From the NCBI GenBank assembly GCA_051362555.1, contig CM120647.1:4588001-4652000 (forward strand): a DNA stretch of 64,000 nt, given 5' to 3'. Position 1 is the stretch's first letter, and every line of letters begins with the position of its first letter. The DNA comes from Lingula anatina (lineage: Eukaryota > Animalia > Brachiopoda). The translations under genes were made by a program, and so were the position numbers. A model generated the notes under the pieces. It ran no database searches, had not been told where the DNA came from, and worked only from the letters and a program-made list of their open reading frames with translations. Positions 52,301-64,000 of the stretch are shown in pieces.

Positions 52301-53254
52301 TATGTACCGACAACTTTAGAGGTTGCGGCGGGGCTTACGAAATATGGGAAAAACTTGACAGATGGGATGGGGGGATATTTTGAAACTGGGATAAAAGAAC
52401 GCGGTAAGGAAATATAACACCACTCGCCGTCCATTATTATCAGATCCACGGTCATCGGGCAAGATATGTGTCCAGTGGTAGTGATGGTGGGAGGTGGGGG
52501 GGGGGGGGGGCAAATTGGACCCCTCAGCAAAGGAACCCTCTTTCCCGTTCCAACAAATACTATTACAGTACAATGGAAAGAAGATCGTAATTACAATTAT
52601 CCCCACCCTTGATAAAAAAATATCGCGGCGAGAATGTTTCCTGATTATTTTAGACCTACTATTTAAATACCCCCCCCCCCGGTCAAATCCAATCGGTCAT
52701 ACATTGCACTTGTTTGCTTATTAGATATTCGTATGTATCATTTACCTACCGTAGCTTAATATTTATATACACAGTACACCTGAATCATACAAGGATGCAG
52801 TGATCCTTAGATATCTATTTGCACGACATGCAAGTCATCACTCGAGTCTGTCCTCACTTGATATGGATAACAGTAAAGCTTTTGTGCCTATAATCTTAAT
52901 ATATATGCTAGAGGGGTAACACACACACGTCCTTCATCTGACGGTATCTGCTTTGCATTACGAGAGCGCGTGTGTAAGGAGATGTTTCAGATCGCTGATG
53001 GTTTTCGTCGTTTACATTAATCCACTAGCGGCATCTGCCCTCAAGACATTGTGTACATGACACCCTTATGCTCAACTTTGTAAGGTTATAAGGTGTGGGG
53101 CAACATCAAAGAAAACCATAAGAAGAAAAAGAAGACTATTAAACGTGCAACTTGTCAACCTGCTCAGCTGTTTGCAGCAGGGAAAACTTACAAAACACAA
53201 TTTGAGCATATTCGTTGAGGAATTACATAGAAATTGAGACACTCTTTACGCAGC

Positions 53255-56200
53255 ATGGCCGTACACGTCTGGGGCCTAGTAGTCATCATCATCTTCTACG
53301 TCCTCATCTTTATCTTGGGTATCTGGGCGGCCAGGAGGAATAAGAAACGAGGGAAAGAAACCACAAGCGAGGACATCTTGTTAGCAGGGAGAAATATTGG
53401 GACGTATCTTGGTATTTGTACTCTAACAGGTAAATGTTAGGTCCGAGATGCTTCATGTAGTACTGTACTCTTATGGTGCAGGGTTGGACAAATTGGAAGC
53501 GGATGAAAAAAGGGAAAAACGATTTTATTGTAACTTTTAACTTTAAAACATTGCATTATTATTTCAGTAAAAACATTCCATTTCGCCTTATCTAATTTAA
53601 AACAACAATTACTTGAGAATCGCCCAGCACTCTCAAATCGTATGGTAATTAAGTACACAAAGTTAAATTCCACAGTTTGAACACATGTATGGTAATTTAG
53701 TGGTGTAAATGAAACAACAGACACAGCTCCATGGTTGTAATACATTAGAAATAAAAGTAATGCCTAGATGTCGGAATACAAATATCATTTACCAAAAATT
53801 AATTGCAAGGACATTATACTATTGATGCCAATTTTTGTAAGTACTGGGCAACTGATCGTTATTGTTGCCACGGATTCCAATGTTGTTACTACTGGTATAG
53901 TGATGGCTATTGTTATCCCCACCTCAAATTCATCATTTATCGTTTCCAGCTACCTGGGTGGACGGCTCTCTGATCAGTGGTGTTGCCGAGGGTGTCTATA
54001 CTTCCGGTCTGGCTGCTCTCCAAATGCCACTAGGGTATTCCGTGAGCACGGTCGTAGGTACTGCAGCGCTACATGTAGCACATCAAAATAAATCAGTTAT
54101 TATACTGATTCATCTATGAAGATATACTTTTAAATCCAATATATAAAAACTTTTGGTCCGTGGCCTTCTTCAGGGATTTTTTAAAAAAATGATCAAATAA
54201 GGTACGTCTCAAATTTTTCATCTACTGCCAACTCCCAAAATGAATCAAACTAAGCTTATTCTTTATTTCAAAGGGGACACATTTTTTTAATTGACGCCCA
54301 AAATGCACTTTGGAATTAAGAATTACAGGAAAAAATGGTGTTGCTATTTGTATCACCGCATTTTTACCGAGCGTTTCATTTAAACCATCCTCTTACCAAC
54401 ACCTCATTTTACTGCCCAATATGGCGATTTCTCAAAACAAGTAGGTAATTTAGATATGTTTTAAGATATGAAACGTCTCTGGGCATTATCAGAAGCTTTT
54501 TTCGTACTGTTTTGATGACAAACGTTACAAATTTCGCGTGCCACATTGAAGATTCATATCAAATCAAACACATATTTAAGAAGTAAGCTATTATGCATTT
54601 ATTATACAGCTGTGAAGATTTTTTTACTAACGTTTAAATGTTGGCAGGACACGTGGATATGCAGCATCACATTCATTTCAAACTTATTTGCTGTCTATCA
54701 AATTAATGTATCAAACCCAATGAAATTATGACGCGTTAATTCCGTCGTTTCTTTAATGATTGCAAAAAATAATTACTATAAAAGTACAATCAAAATCATA
54801 CTGTACAATTAAAGACATACACATATTTTTGTTGAAAGTCGACCACTCCCACAAATACAATTATACCATATTTTCTGCCCAGCTGCATTATTCTTTGTGA
54901 AGAGGATACGCCAGGATGGTACGGTCACTATGCTGGATCCCTTGGAACGGAAGTTTGGTAAAATTATGACCGGGTTTCTGTTTCTGCCAGCGCTGTCAGG
55001 GGATATGTTTTGGTGCGCAGCAACGTTGTCGTCATTGGGTGAGTAAGGGCGCATTCAAAACAGCGGACCAATTAGTCCGCGGAACAAAAACATAGCCGAC
55101 CCATAAGGCTTAATTATATGCTTCTTGCATGATGTCCGCGGATATTCTATCCAGTGTTTATAAGGGCACAGGACGGCAAACTGTTAAGATCGAGTGTCGC
55201 CATACTTGATCCGCTGTTGTGAATGCTGCGTTCATGTCGCTAATGGGATCATTTATATAGCATATGCCCGTTTTTCAACTGGCCTATTTCTGGTCATTCA
55301 TCGTACAGTTGAATTAAAGCTTTCATTATTAGTTTCCAATTAGACATTCATATCTGGAAACACGTACACACACACGCGTACACGCCCATACTTGAAATAC
55401 AACAGTTGATGTTTTTGGTTATTAAGGGAACACTAGGCTTATACATATATATCAGAATATTATAATAGTTTGCCCATTTTTATAGCCTACAGTGAAGTTC
55501 CAAAGAATGTAAATTGTATATAATCAGGTACGACCTTGACCGTAGTGGTTGGACTAGACCACTGGATCGCCATCACGGTGTCGGCAGCTGTGGTCCTGAT
55601 ATACACGTTGTTTGGGGGACTGTACTCGGTCTCCTACACCGACGTCATGCAGATGATATTCATATTCCTCGGCTTGGTAGGTAGTTTATGTAGTACAGGT
55701 ATATGTTTCGGGTATAAGACAGGGATAGGATTGGACATATAGGCCCTATGTCTGAAGGATGCTGTTCTGAGAACAAGCATGCAACACATTTCTCGTTTTA
55801 GAGCGGAAAAGTTTGTCTCTATCACCCTTCGCTTTTTGTGTTTTTAACCAGTTCTAACAAGTTGTTCAGACTAGTAATTTATTCAATTTGAGTCGCGGGC
55901 TTGAGCGCGCTCCTCGTAATACGTGTCAATAGAAGTTTATAGCTCTTGCAATAAACGAGTTTTGATTTTTGTAACTAAACAGTGGTGTTGCGTTACTCTT
56001 CTCTCCGGGCATAACCCAAGTCGGGAATCGCGTACCGAACCTAGAATCCTTCAACGGTGGATTAGAGCCCTATATAGCGTCTAGATTATACCCACGGTAT
56101 ATCTAAGAACCTAGTACAAAGTGATGCAACCTTTCAATAATGCCACTGCTCCTATGAGCCACTGAGTGAATCATCAACCGACATTCTGAGGAAGATAGTA

Positions 56201-59200
56201 TACGCCATTTTTGCTCCTTCCATTGTATGACGAAATACATTTGGTCAAGAACGTCTGTTTACATTTTATGTTTTATAAATACTTCCATTCAATTTTTGAG
56301 CACTTACAATATAATGAAATGTTATTGAAACCAGAGGGTTGTAAGTACCATTTTTTTCCAGTGGATAACCATTCCATTTGCTATGACAAGTCCATATATG
56401 ACGTCACTATCAGAGACGTCACAGAACTGGATTGGAACCATCCATAGCCGTGACGTCAGCACTTACGTAGATGTGACGTTACAGTTAGTACTAGGAGGGA
56501 TACCGTGGCAGGTATGTTTTCTATTATTTTAGAAATATTTTACATCGATTTTTGTGATATGAAACCCCAGTCCTCTTGCTTGATAGAAACGCAATTTGTT
56601 TCAAAACTGTATGGTATGTATATATGGTCGGCATTAGTTCAATTTATTTCTCTTATCTATACGTTTTGGATGCAAATGGTCTTCTCATCTGTTTAAAGTC
56701 CTGTTACTTTACAGAAAGCAGTCTTCTTTTCATTCATATATACATTTCATCAATTAATAATATTTCCATCGTCGCACGCGCAGGTCCTGTGGCAGCGCGC
56801 CCTGGCGGTGAAGTCAGTGAAGGTGGCGAAAGTGACCATGTACGCAGGCGCATTTGGGGGTATTTTATGTACCATTCCCCCACTTCTCATTGGGATGACT
56901 GCAGTGTCTGTCGGTAATTTTCTTTTTAATTTCAACGCGATCGTCGATCATAGGCGTTCATTGAAAAATAATTTGATGATTTGATTTATAATTGATATAA
57001 TTATATTTTAGGGATATGTTTGGTTATTGATGAAAGATTGGTATATATATATATATATATTTTTTTTTTTTTTAATTTTTAATTTTTTTTTTTATTTCAA
57101 TAATAATGTGGTGGGAGAACAGATATATAGGACTAAAATGAATACATGTCAAAACTAATTGAATCACACAGGCAATAATTAAGTCGATTTTTAGGCCTCT
57201 GAACAATTGCAAGAATTTAATATTTTAAGAACCTATTATTATATTTGGTTTTGGAATTTAAATAAATGACAGAGAATTTTAGGGACAACTAGGATGAAAA
57301 ATCAAAGTAGCTGTGAAAAAAGCTGCTTATTAAATGTGTGATGATTGAATTTTTAAAGATTGGAATTCCACAGAATATGAAGGAGAACTTCCTTTTGCTG
57401 AAGATGATGTAAAACTGATCGCACCTCTTGTTCTGCAGTACGTCTGCCCTTTTGCTGGTGAGTTCATGTAATAATATAATATAATATAATATAATATAAT
57501 ATAATATAATATTTTATTATATAATGCGATTTATTATGATTTAAATTTGTGAAGTATGTGTGAGGATGGAAATATGATTCAAAACGAAATTTAACATGAA
57601 AAGGGTTATGTAAAATAAAGAAAATGTGCACCTAAAATTCAATGTATGTATAATGTACACTCGGCAGCAATTATATATTCCTACTCTACTTCATGTTAGG
57701 CCTACTTCTGCGAAAGCGGTAAAGTGGTCTGTTTGTTAGTCAACATTATAATTAAAACAGTCATGGATGGATTGTTTATGAAGTTTTCAGAATAAGTCGA
57801 AATTGGGTAACGTGAAAAAATAGGATATTAATGGTGATAAGTGATCCAGAACACCGTACGTAAATACCCGCAAGAAAACGCAGTAGATATTCCTGCGCAG
57901 TAGACTACTGCAATCATACTGCAAACATGCTTCAAATCTGCTTCGATTTGGGAGCTAATTAGCATATTTGAAACATGCTTCTATCATGCTGCTAATCTAC
58001 TGCATTAATGCTCCTCTCTGTACAAACTTATGTACTTTTTGGAGTAGAATTGCAGTAGGTTATGCTGCATTTCTACTGCAAATATGCTCCACACCACTAC
58101 TGTGTTAATGATTTTTTGCTACTTCGATACTACTGCATTTTCGTGCGGGTAAAATTCCTACCGCTGCGGGCAAGGACCAATAGTCTTCACTTTGTGCAAG
58201 TTAACGTGTTCTAAACAACCACAATGTATTATGGTATAAACCTAGCGGAGATCTTCGCTGAGTTGTTTTCTTGTTTTGTCTGTATATCTATGTTTCTTGC
58301 CTTTATAGTTTCATTGATTGGTCTTGGTGCCGTTTCCGCTGCAGTGATGTCATCTGCAGACTCCATCTTGCTTTCGTCAAGCTCCATGTTCGCCAACAAT
58401 GTCTACAAACCTGCCCGAATGGGAAAGGTATGATCAAGTATAACCGCGCGTGAAAGAATAACACACTACATTATGTTGAAGATATCAGAACAATACATCA
58501 CAAAACAATAATATCTGGTATAAGAATAATATTAGAGACTTAAAAGAGGGAGGATTATAAATTAAAACAGCAGCTCATGTAAAAGTGCTTGTTTTGTAAA
58601 CGTGGCAAGAGGCCCCTATCAATACAAGTTAAAACTAAAACAAAACAAAATTTACAAGACATTATAGCATATTGCTATACATGCCCGTGTACGCACGTGC
58701 GTGCCTTTTCTTTCCAGGCCAGCGAACGTGAGATCATTTGGGCCATGCGAGTATTTATGACTCTCATGGCCATTCTGACGACGGTGTTGGCCATCGAGAT
58801 CACCAGCATCTTCGCTCTTTCCATCTTGAGTTCCGACCTCATCTACGTCATCCTGTTCCCTCAGTTGACGGCAGCCCTGTTCGTAGACGCAGCCAACATC
58901 TACGGGTCCATTGCTGGGTACGTCTTGGGATTGATCATCCGGGTACTTAGCGGAGAGCCGTTGTTAGGTCTGCGAGCAGTTCTGCGGTGGCCTTGGTATG
59001 AAGCGGAAACGGATTTCCAGCCGTTCCCCTATAGGACGGGTTGTATGCTGCTCAGCTTGATAACTATTCTGCTCGTGTCACACATCACAAACGTCGCTTT
59101 CCGTGCTGGTTGGTTGCCATGGAGATGTGATGTGCTGCATGGCGTCGTTGGGGGCCAGATCGAAAAGGAGGCTACTTCTGAGAGACAGACAGCTCAGAAA

Positions 59201-59272
59201 GGAGCTAAGGAAATGGATGATGGAGTTAGTCTTTACGTTTTTCCCAATAAAGATAAACACGAGTCCGAATAG
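53255..59272 (+). CDS. SLC5A7: SLC5A7/CHT1-like paralog F, 9 coding exons, about 546 aa
   Basis: Exons 53255-53429, 53950-54057, 54883-55038, 55528-55676, 56362-56511, 56784-56913, 57359-57457, 58309-58427, 58718-59272 total 1641 nt and are GT-AG. Confidence 0.93.
57867..58149. mobile_element. MITE family 1, copy 3, intron 7 of F
   Basis: TA-CCCGC..GCGGG-TA. The homologous introns of D (about 31640) and E (about 46785) lack it. Confidence 0.88.
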
Positions 59273-59308
59273 ATCCCTATCTTATTTGACTTTACTTCAG
59301 TTATTTTC

Positions 59309-60512
59309 TACCCTAGGTTCTACATCCCGGTATTGCCAGCTCGATCTTGATTTCATATATAACCCATATCAACAATACCGGTGTAGCCTACCATGAAAAT
59401 CTGACTCCCCTAAAATGTGACTCCCCAGTCAGATTTTCATTATGAAAATGTGACTCCCCAGTCAGATTTTCAAAATGAAAATGTGACTCCTCCTATGAAA
59501 TTTTGAATCCCCCCCCCAAAAAAAAAAAACATTCCTTAATCTCATTTTATTTGAGTAAATGACCATGATATTGTAGTATGCATAACGGAGGATACATTGG
59601 CACTTTTTTATTTTGCAGGTGAAAATTTTCATGAAAAAAATGAGAAAATTAAAAATGTGCACATAATAAAAATCTGACTCCCCCATGAAAATTTGACTCC
59701 CCCTCCACAAAACTTGATATATCTTCTTTTATTTTGAGTATATATGACTGTGATCTTGTAGTATGTAAAATGGAGGATACATTGGCACTTTTTTGTGCTC
59801 TAGTGAACAGCAGCCATGTTACACTTCCGTCAATCAAATAGAACCGCTCCGCAGTGAATCTGCAGTTGAATGTCATCAGGCCAAAATGAAACGTAAAACA
59901 GATTTAATTCTGCTTTATTTAATTTTATTTGCTGTATTTGAGATGTAAAGTGAAAAAATAAAAAATATTCTTCGAAAAGAAAAGATTTATCCAATGTTTT
60001 TGTATTTTTTGCTTATCAAAGAACATTTAGTCCTGAGATATACACGTGCATAATACACGTGCTTGCCGTGTGCCAAATTTGACAGCTACACTGTATGCCC
60101 GATACCACTATAAGGGCTGCGCAATGGCTACACCAAAATCAGTATTTAAAGCAGAGTGTTGCTTTTATTGTGACACTGACCTTCGACTGCAAAATATTTT
60201 CAATTCAAACTTCTAACTCCGCGTCAGGCACTAAATGTTTCTTGTCTCGTCTGCACGAGATAACTTCAGCGCAAGGCGGGAAAGGCAGCTCCAGGCGGCT
60301 AAACGCGTGACGTACGAGACTTATGATTTCCAAATATGGATCCAGGCGGACACAGCTGTGACGTGTGGCTTCCAAATATGGAAGCGCCCCAGGCAAAATT
60401 TTAAGAAAGAACGCCCTCAGATTGTCGCTGTTCGTCAGAGCTAGTAAAAGCGACCCCATCGAAAAGGTATATTTAACAAGCTAGGTTTTACGTTGCTCTG
60501 ACACTCATGGTA
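59309..60512. mobile_element. 1.2-kb insertion with 8-bp TSD in the 3' UTR of F
   Basis: TTATTTTC at 59301-59308 and 60513-60520, with an empty site in E (about 47910). Termini TACC..GGTA. Internal AAAAT(C/G)TGACTCCCC repeats at 59396-59705. Confidence 0.75.
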
Positions 60513-61053
60513 TTATTTTCTGGATTGACTTGATCTTATTTATAAACATTAGTTATTTGAGGTGTTGCACCAGTCAATAAACTCTTATGTCCCATGTCCA
60601 GTGTAGGCCAGCATTAATAAAAAATACTTGGGGCTAGAGCACACGCCGTTGTTCTATTCGTTCGGAAATTATAACATTGCTTTATTTTACCTTCAAAATA
60701 GGGACATGTGAGGGGAAGTATTTTATTGTATGCTTTAATTTCAGTCATGAAATCTTTATATACAGTTTGAAGTTATATAGTGACATATATATTTCTACAG
60801 ATGTACTTCCGTATATTTTAAATATTTTAAAAACAACCTGTGTGTGGGTTTACTGATAATTGTTTTATCATTCAAATGTGACACTGCAATATTGTATACG
60901 TTATTTTCCACTTCGTAGAGCGAATGCGAATTGCAATATGTGTATTATAAACAAATTCATCACATACCTTTTATTATATAATGATTTATTTAATATCAGA
61001 AGATAATGACTGTTTCACAATATGTTCAGCTTGGAATAAATTAGGAATCACTC

Positions 61054-63042
61054 TTACTCCATCAACTTCTCCGAATCATTTACAGAAACCCTATGATCTT
61101 CTTTATCAACTTCAGTCTTATTAGCATTACAAGTACAGTCCGACTGGCACGAGGCAACAATCTGTATCGTAATGGACATAGCGGTTGCCACACCCGCACA
61201 TATACACGCCATATATAACAACGCCATAATCCCCATTTCCTCGTACACATACCCAGCTAGCGGGGTGGCAGCCAGTCCTCCCGTAGAGTCCCCTATTATA
61301 GAGAGTGCAGATATACTAGAGCCTACAGTAATATAGTCATTGGCCCAGACTAAAGAGGTGGGGAAAAGCGCTGATTGGGCGAGAGAATAAAAGCACGTGC
61401 ATATCCAGAACACCGATTGGCTGTGCACACCAAACAGAGCCAAAAAGATAAAAGATAAAAATACAAGTAAGGGTTCGCCTATCAGAATAAATTTGGTCGG
61501 CAAGCAAAGTGAGAGCAGAGCTGGGAGAAACTTGCCAGCGGTATAAGCGATGCCGTTGGTGGTAACTAGAGTCGTTGCCAAGGTTTTTGAGAATTGCAAT
61601 TCGCTTTCAACCGCAATGGCGTAAAGGAAGTTGGTCAGGGGAACTTTTGAAGCTCCATATGTAAACGAAAGTAGGTAAAATAATGCTATAAACTGAATCC
61701 CAAAACAAAGGCGTCCTCCAGTGCAGGACGCTGGGTTGATTGTGTCTTTCAAACTTGACAATGCCCCTTTCTCGCCAGAGTCCGCCCCTTTGTGAGATCT
61801 TTCGTTGCTTTCGTCATGGGAACTCGCTTCTTTGACATCGGTTTTGGTAGGAGATTTTATAAGCGAGTGCAGAAAAATAAAAGCAATCGTTGTTAATAGG
61901 CAACCAGCGCCTGTTATACCGTACGGAATCTGAACCATCGATGGTCCGCAGAGGATCGAAGCGTTGGGGTTCCCATTCTGGTGATGGGCGCTAACTTGAG
62001 TGAAGACCGAGGCTGCACGTAGTCCATCTGCCCATATGTTTGACGCCGGTTTATCCACGAAAGATGGCGCTTTTGTATAACCAGGCCCATGTGTGCTGTG
62101 GATGAGTTTCAGCACAGAATTGTTAGCTGCGTCATGCCGGTAGGAGTGGCCTGGCATGACTGTGGTCTCCGGGGCACGCGTCACGTTCTGATGATCACAC
62201 AGAGGCGCCAAGAACGGTTCGGCGAACAATGGGGCGACTATGATGCCCACCCCCAAACCAACATGGGCCAGGTGGAGAGGAACCATGGCTTCCTCCCCCC
62301 ACATCTGTATCATGGCTGTGTTGCCACCTAGAATGGATAAAGGGTTTAATATAATAATCCTTATACGGCATAAACGTACGTGTACCTTCGGAAATATTTT
62401 TATGCTCGATAATCTATGATCAAGTATGTAAACAAAATAAGATTTGAAAATGCTTATCTTTCTGGGTAAAGACAAGATAATCAGTAAGTAGTAGGATCAT
62501 GGTCTTGATATTTGTTTTGAAAATGCGGCTTGAGTCAGTGCTTGTCGTTTTCGCATGTAAAGGGGCGTCTAAAAGACGCACGCGTAGGCTCCTATGGGCC
62601 ATGGTAGAGATCAACATAGGAAGGGTATCCTGTGCAAATAAATCGTCTAATATATCTTCTAACACAAACAAACGACACACATAAATGTCACAGACTTCAA
62701 AATTTACTCTGGATTTGTAAAGATAAAACAGGGGTATAAACATGTGCGTGCATCAGTTTGGGAAAATATTGCATCGATTACGAGATAAAAAGACTGATAC
62801 GAAAACGTGATGTTAAAAACATAAACGTTTAATTCTAAAACGATGCCCAGCTTCATGGCCTTAAATTTAATACTTGTTGGGTGACATACAATGTACCTGT
62901 GAACAGGAAGGCAGCTCCGACCCCCTGGAAGAAGGTCAACCCTCCCAGTAGTAATGTGTATCTTGCCCATGGCAAAGCTGCCGTGGCCACACCAACCGCC
63001 AACATACTGACCGATAGCAGGACGTCTTGGTGTTTGGAAAAT
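61054..63042 (-). CDS. MFS transporter, MFSD4/sodium-dependent glucose transporter 1-like; last two exons (5' exons not found in window)
   Basis: Exons 63042-62897 and 62327-61054 are GT-AG. The segment ALPW..FFQGVG..T/GGNTAMIQMWGE..PLHLAHVGLGVGIIVAPLFAEPFL and SALFPTSLVWANDYI followed by further TM helices resemble the MFSD4A/B family. Confidence 0.8.
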
Positions 63043-63683
63043 CTGGAAAGATGACAGAAAACATTATTTGACTGCATAATGAAGTCAAACGATTTACATG
63101 TTATAAAGAATGTGGCCCACTATATCACAATGTGTAATAAGGAAAGAAAAAATATTCTCAATAAACCACCACCTAGTCAACCAAAGTAACGAGCGCACAC
63201 TGCAATTGTAAAATCTGATCACAGTTATTGTATAAACAATATTGTAATTTACTATTGTAATTTTAGTTATATGATTATATTATGTATACTGTTAGGTCAT
63301 AGTCATTATAAAAAATGTACTTGAACCGCAATAAATAATAATAAAAAAATTATTTGAGGACGTGTTGATTAAATAAGTCAATAAATAAACAGATAAATAA
63401 ACACACGTGCAATATCTTTAAAGAAACTGACACTAGTGAATGAATTAAAATTAAAATTAAATTAAAAAGGCGAAGACGTGAATCGGTTGGAGTGAAATTA
63501 AGAATGGTTTCTCTAATAGCCAAATATTTATTTCTGCTTGATTGCTAATTAAAACGTCATACGGCACATTATCAGGTATTACAGGTGGAAGGTTTTAATA
63601 AGACCAATTATTAAAAAAATGGACTGAATTTGAATGTAATAATGTATTCATTAAACATTGGTAAGTTTACCCCAGGGCAATTT

Positions 63684-63730
<47 letters not shown>

Positions 63731-64000
63731 TGCCACAACAAACATTTAAATCAATTGTTATCCATTTAAATTTAACTCGGTTTGCCCGATATATGTGTCT
63801 GTATTGATAGTAAGCCATGAGGGGTGGGGCCTGTGTCCACTTCTGTCTACATATATCTACGATTTTGGTTGAGTGAACTATCAATAAACCGTGTATGATT
63901 AGCACGGGTGCTGATAATATTGATCTATTGGCAATGGAACAAGACCTCCTTAACTTAATTGTGTCAATATAATTATGTTTTAACCGCTGAATACATGAGT

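Noticed and set aside
59396-59705. Short repeats with spacers resembling a CRISPR array
   Set aside because: Eukaryotic context, irregular spacing, repeated spacers and no cas genes. They are transposon internal repeats.

Overview
AT-rich, intron-containing animal (probably marine invertebrate) DNA. It carries a tandem cluster of at least six SLC5A7/CHT1-like Na+:solute symporter paralogs. A (partial, runs off the left edge) and B are on the minus strand; C, D, E and F are on the plus strand. B to F each splice through nine GT-AG exons into an intact 540-565 aa ORF. An MFSD4-like MFS transporter gene converges on the cluster from the right. D, E and F are three copies of one segmental unit whose shared junction lies inside the last MFS exon, leaving MFS pseudogene stubs between the copies. 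The paralogs keep the CHT1 fold and Na+ motif, but all six change WVGGGY to WVDGx(L/M) and all five complete copies lose the W406/Y407-equivalent aromatics, which suggests altered substrate or anion dependence. Introns are rich in transposons: a young Gypsy element with identical 113-bp LTRs, an L2 LINE, Tc1-derived fold-backs, several MITE families and Penelope-type hammerhead remnants. The most unusual structure is a 511-bp insert in the Gypsy gag-pol junction. Two perfect inverted hammerhead-bearing arms bracket an inverted, complete copy of the adjacent protease segment, while the resident protease has lost 110 bp. Coordinates were read by eye, no searches were run, and human CHT1 comparisons are from memory.
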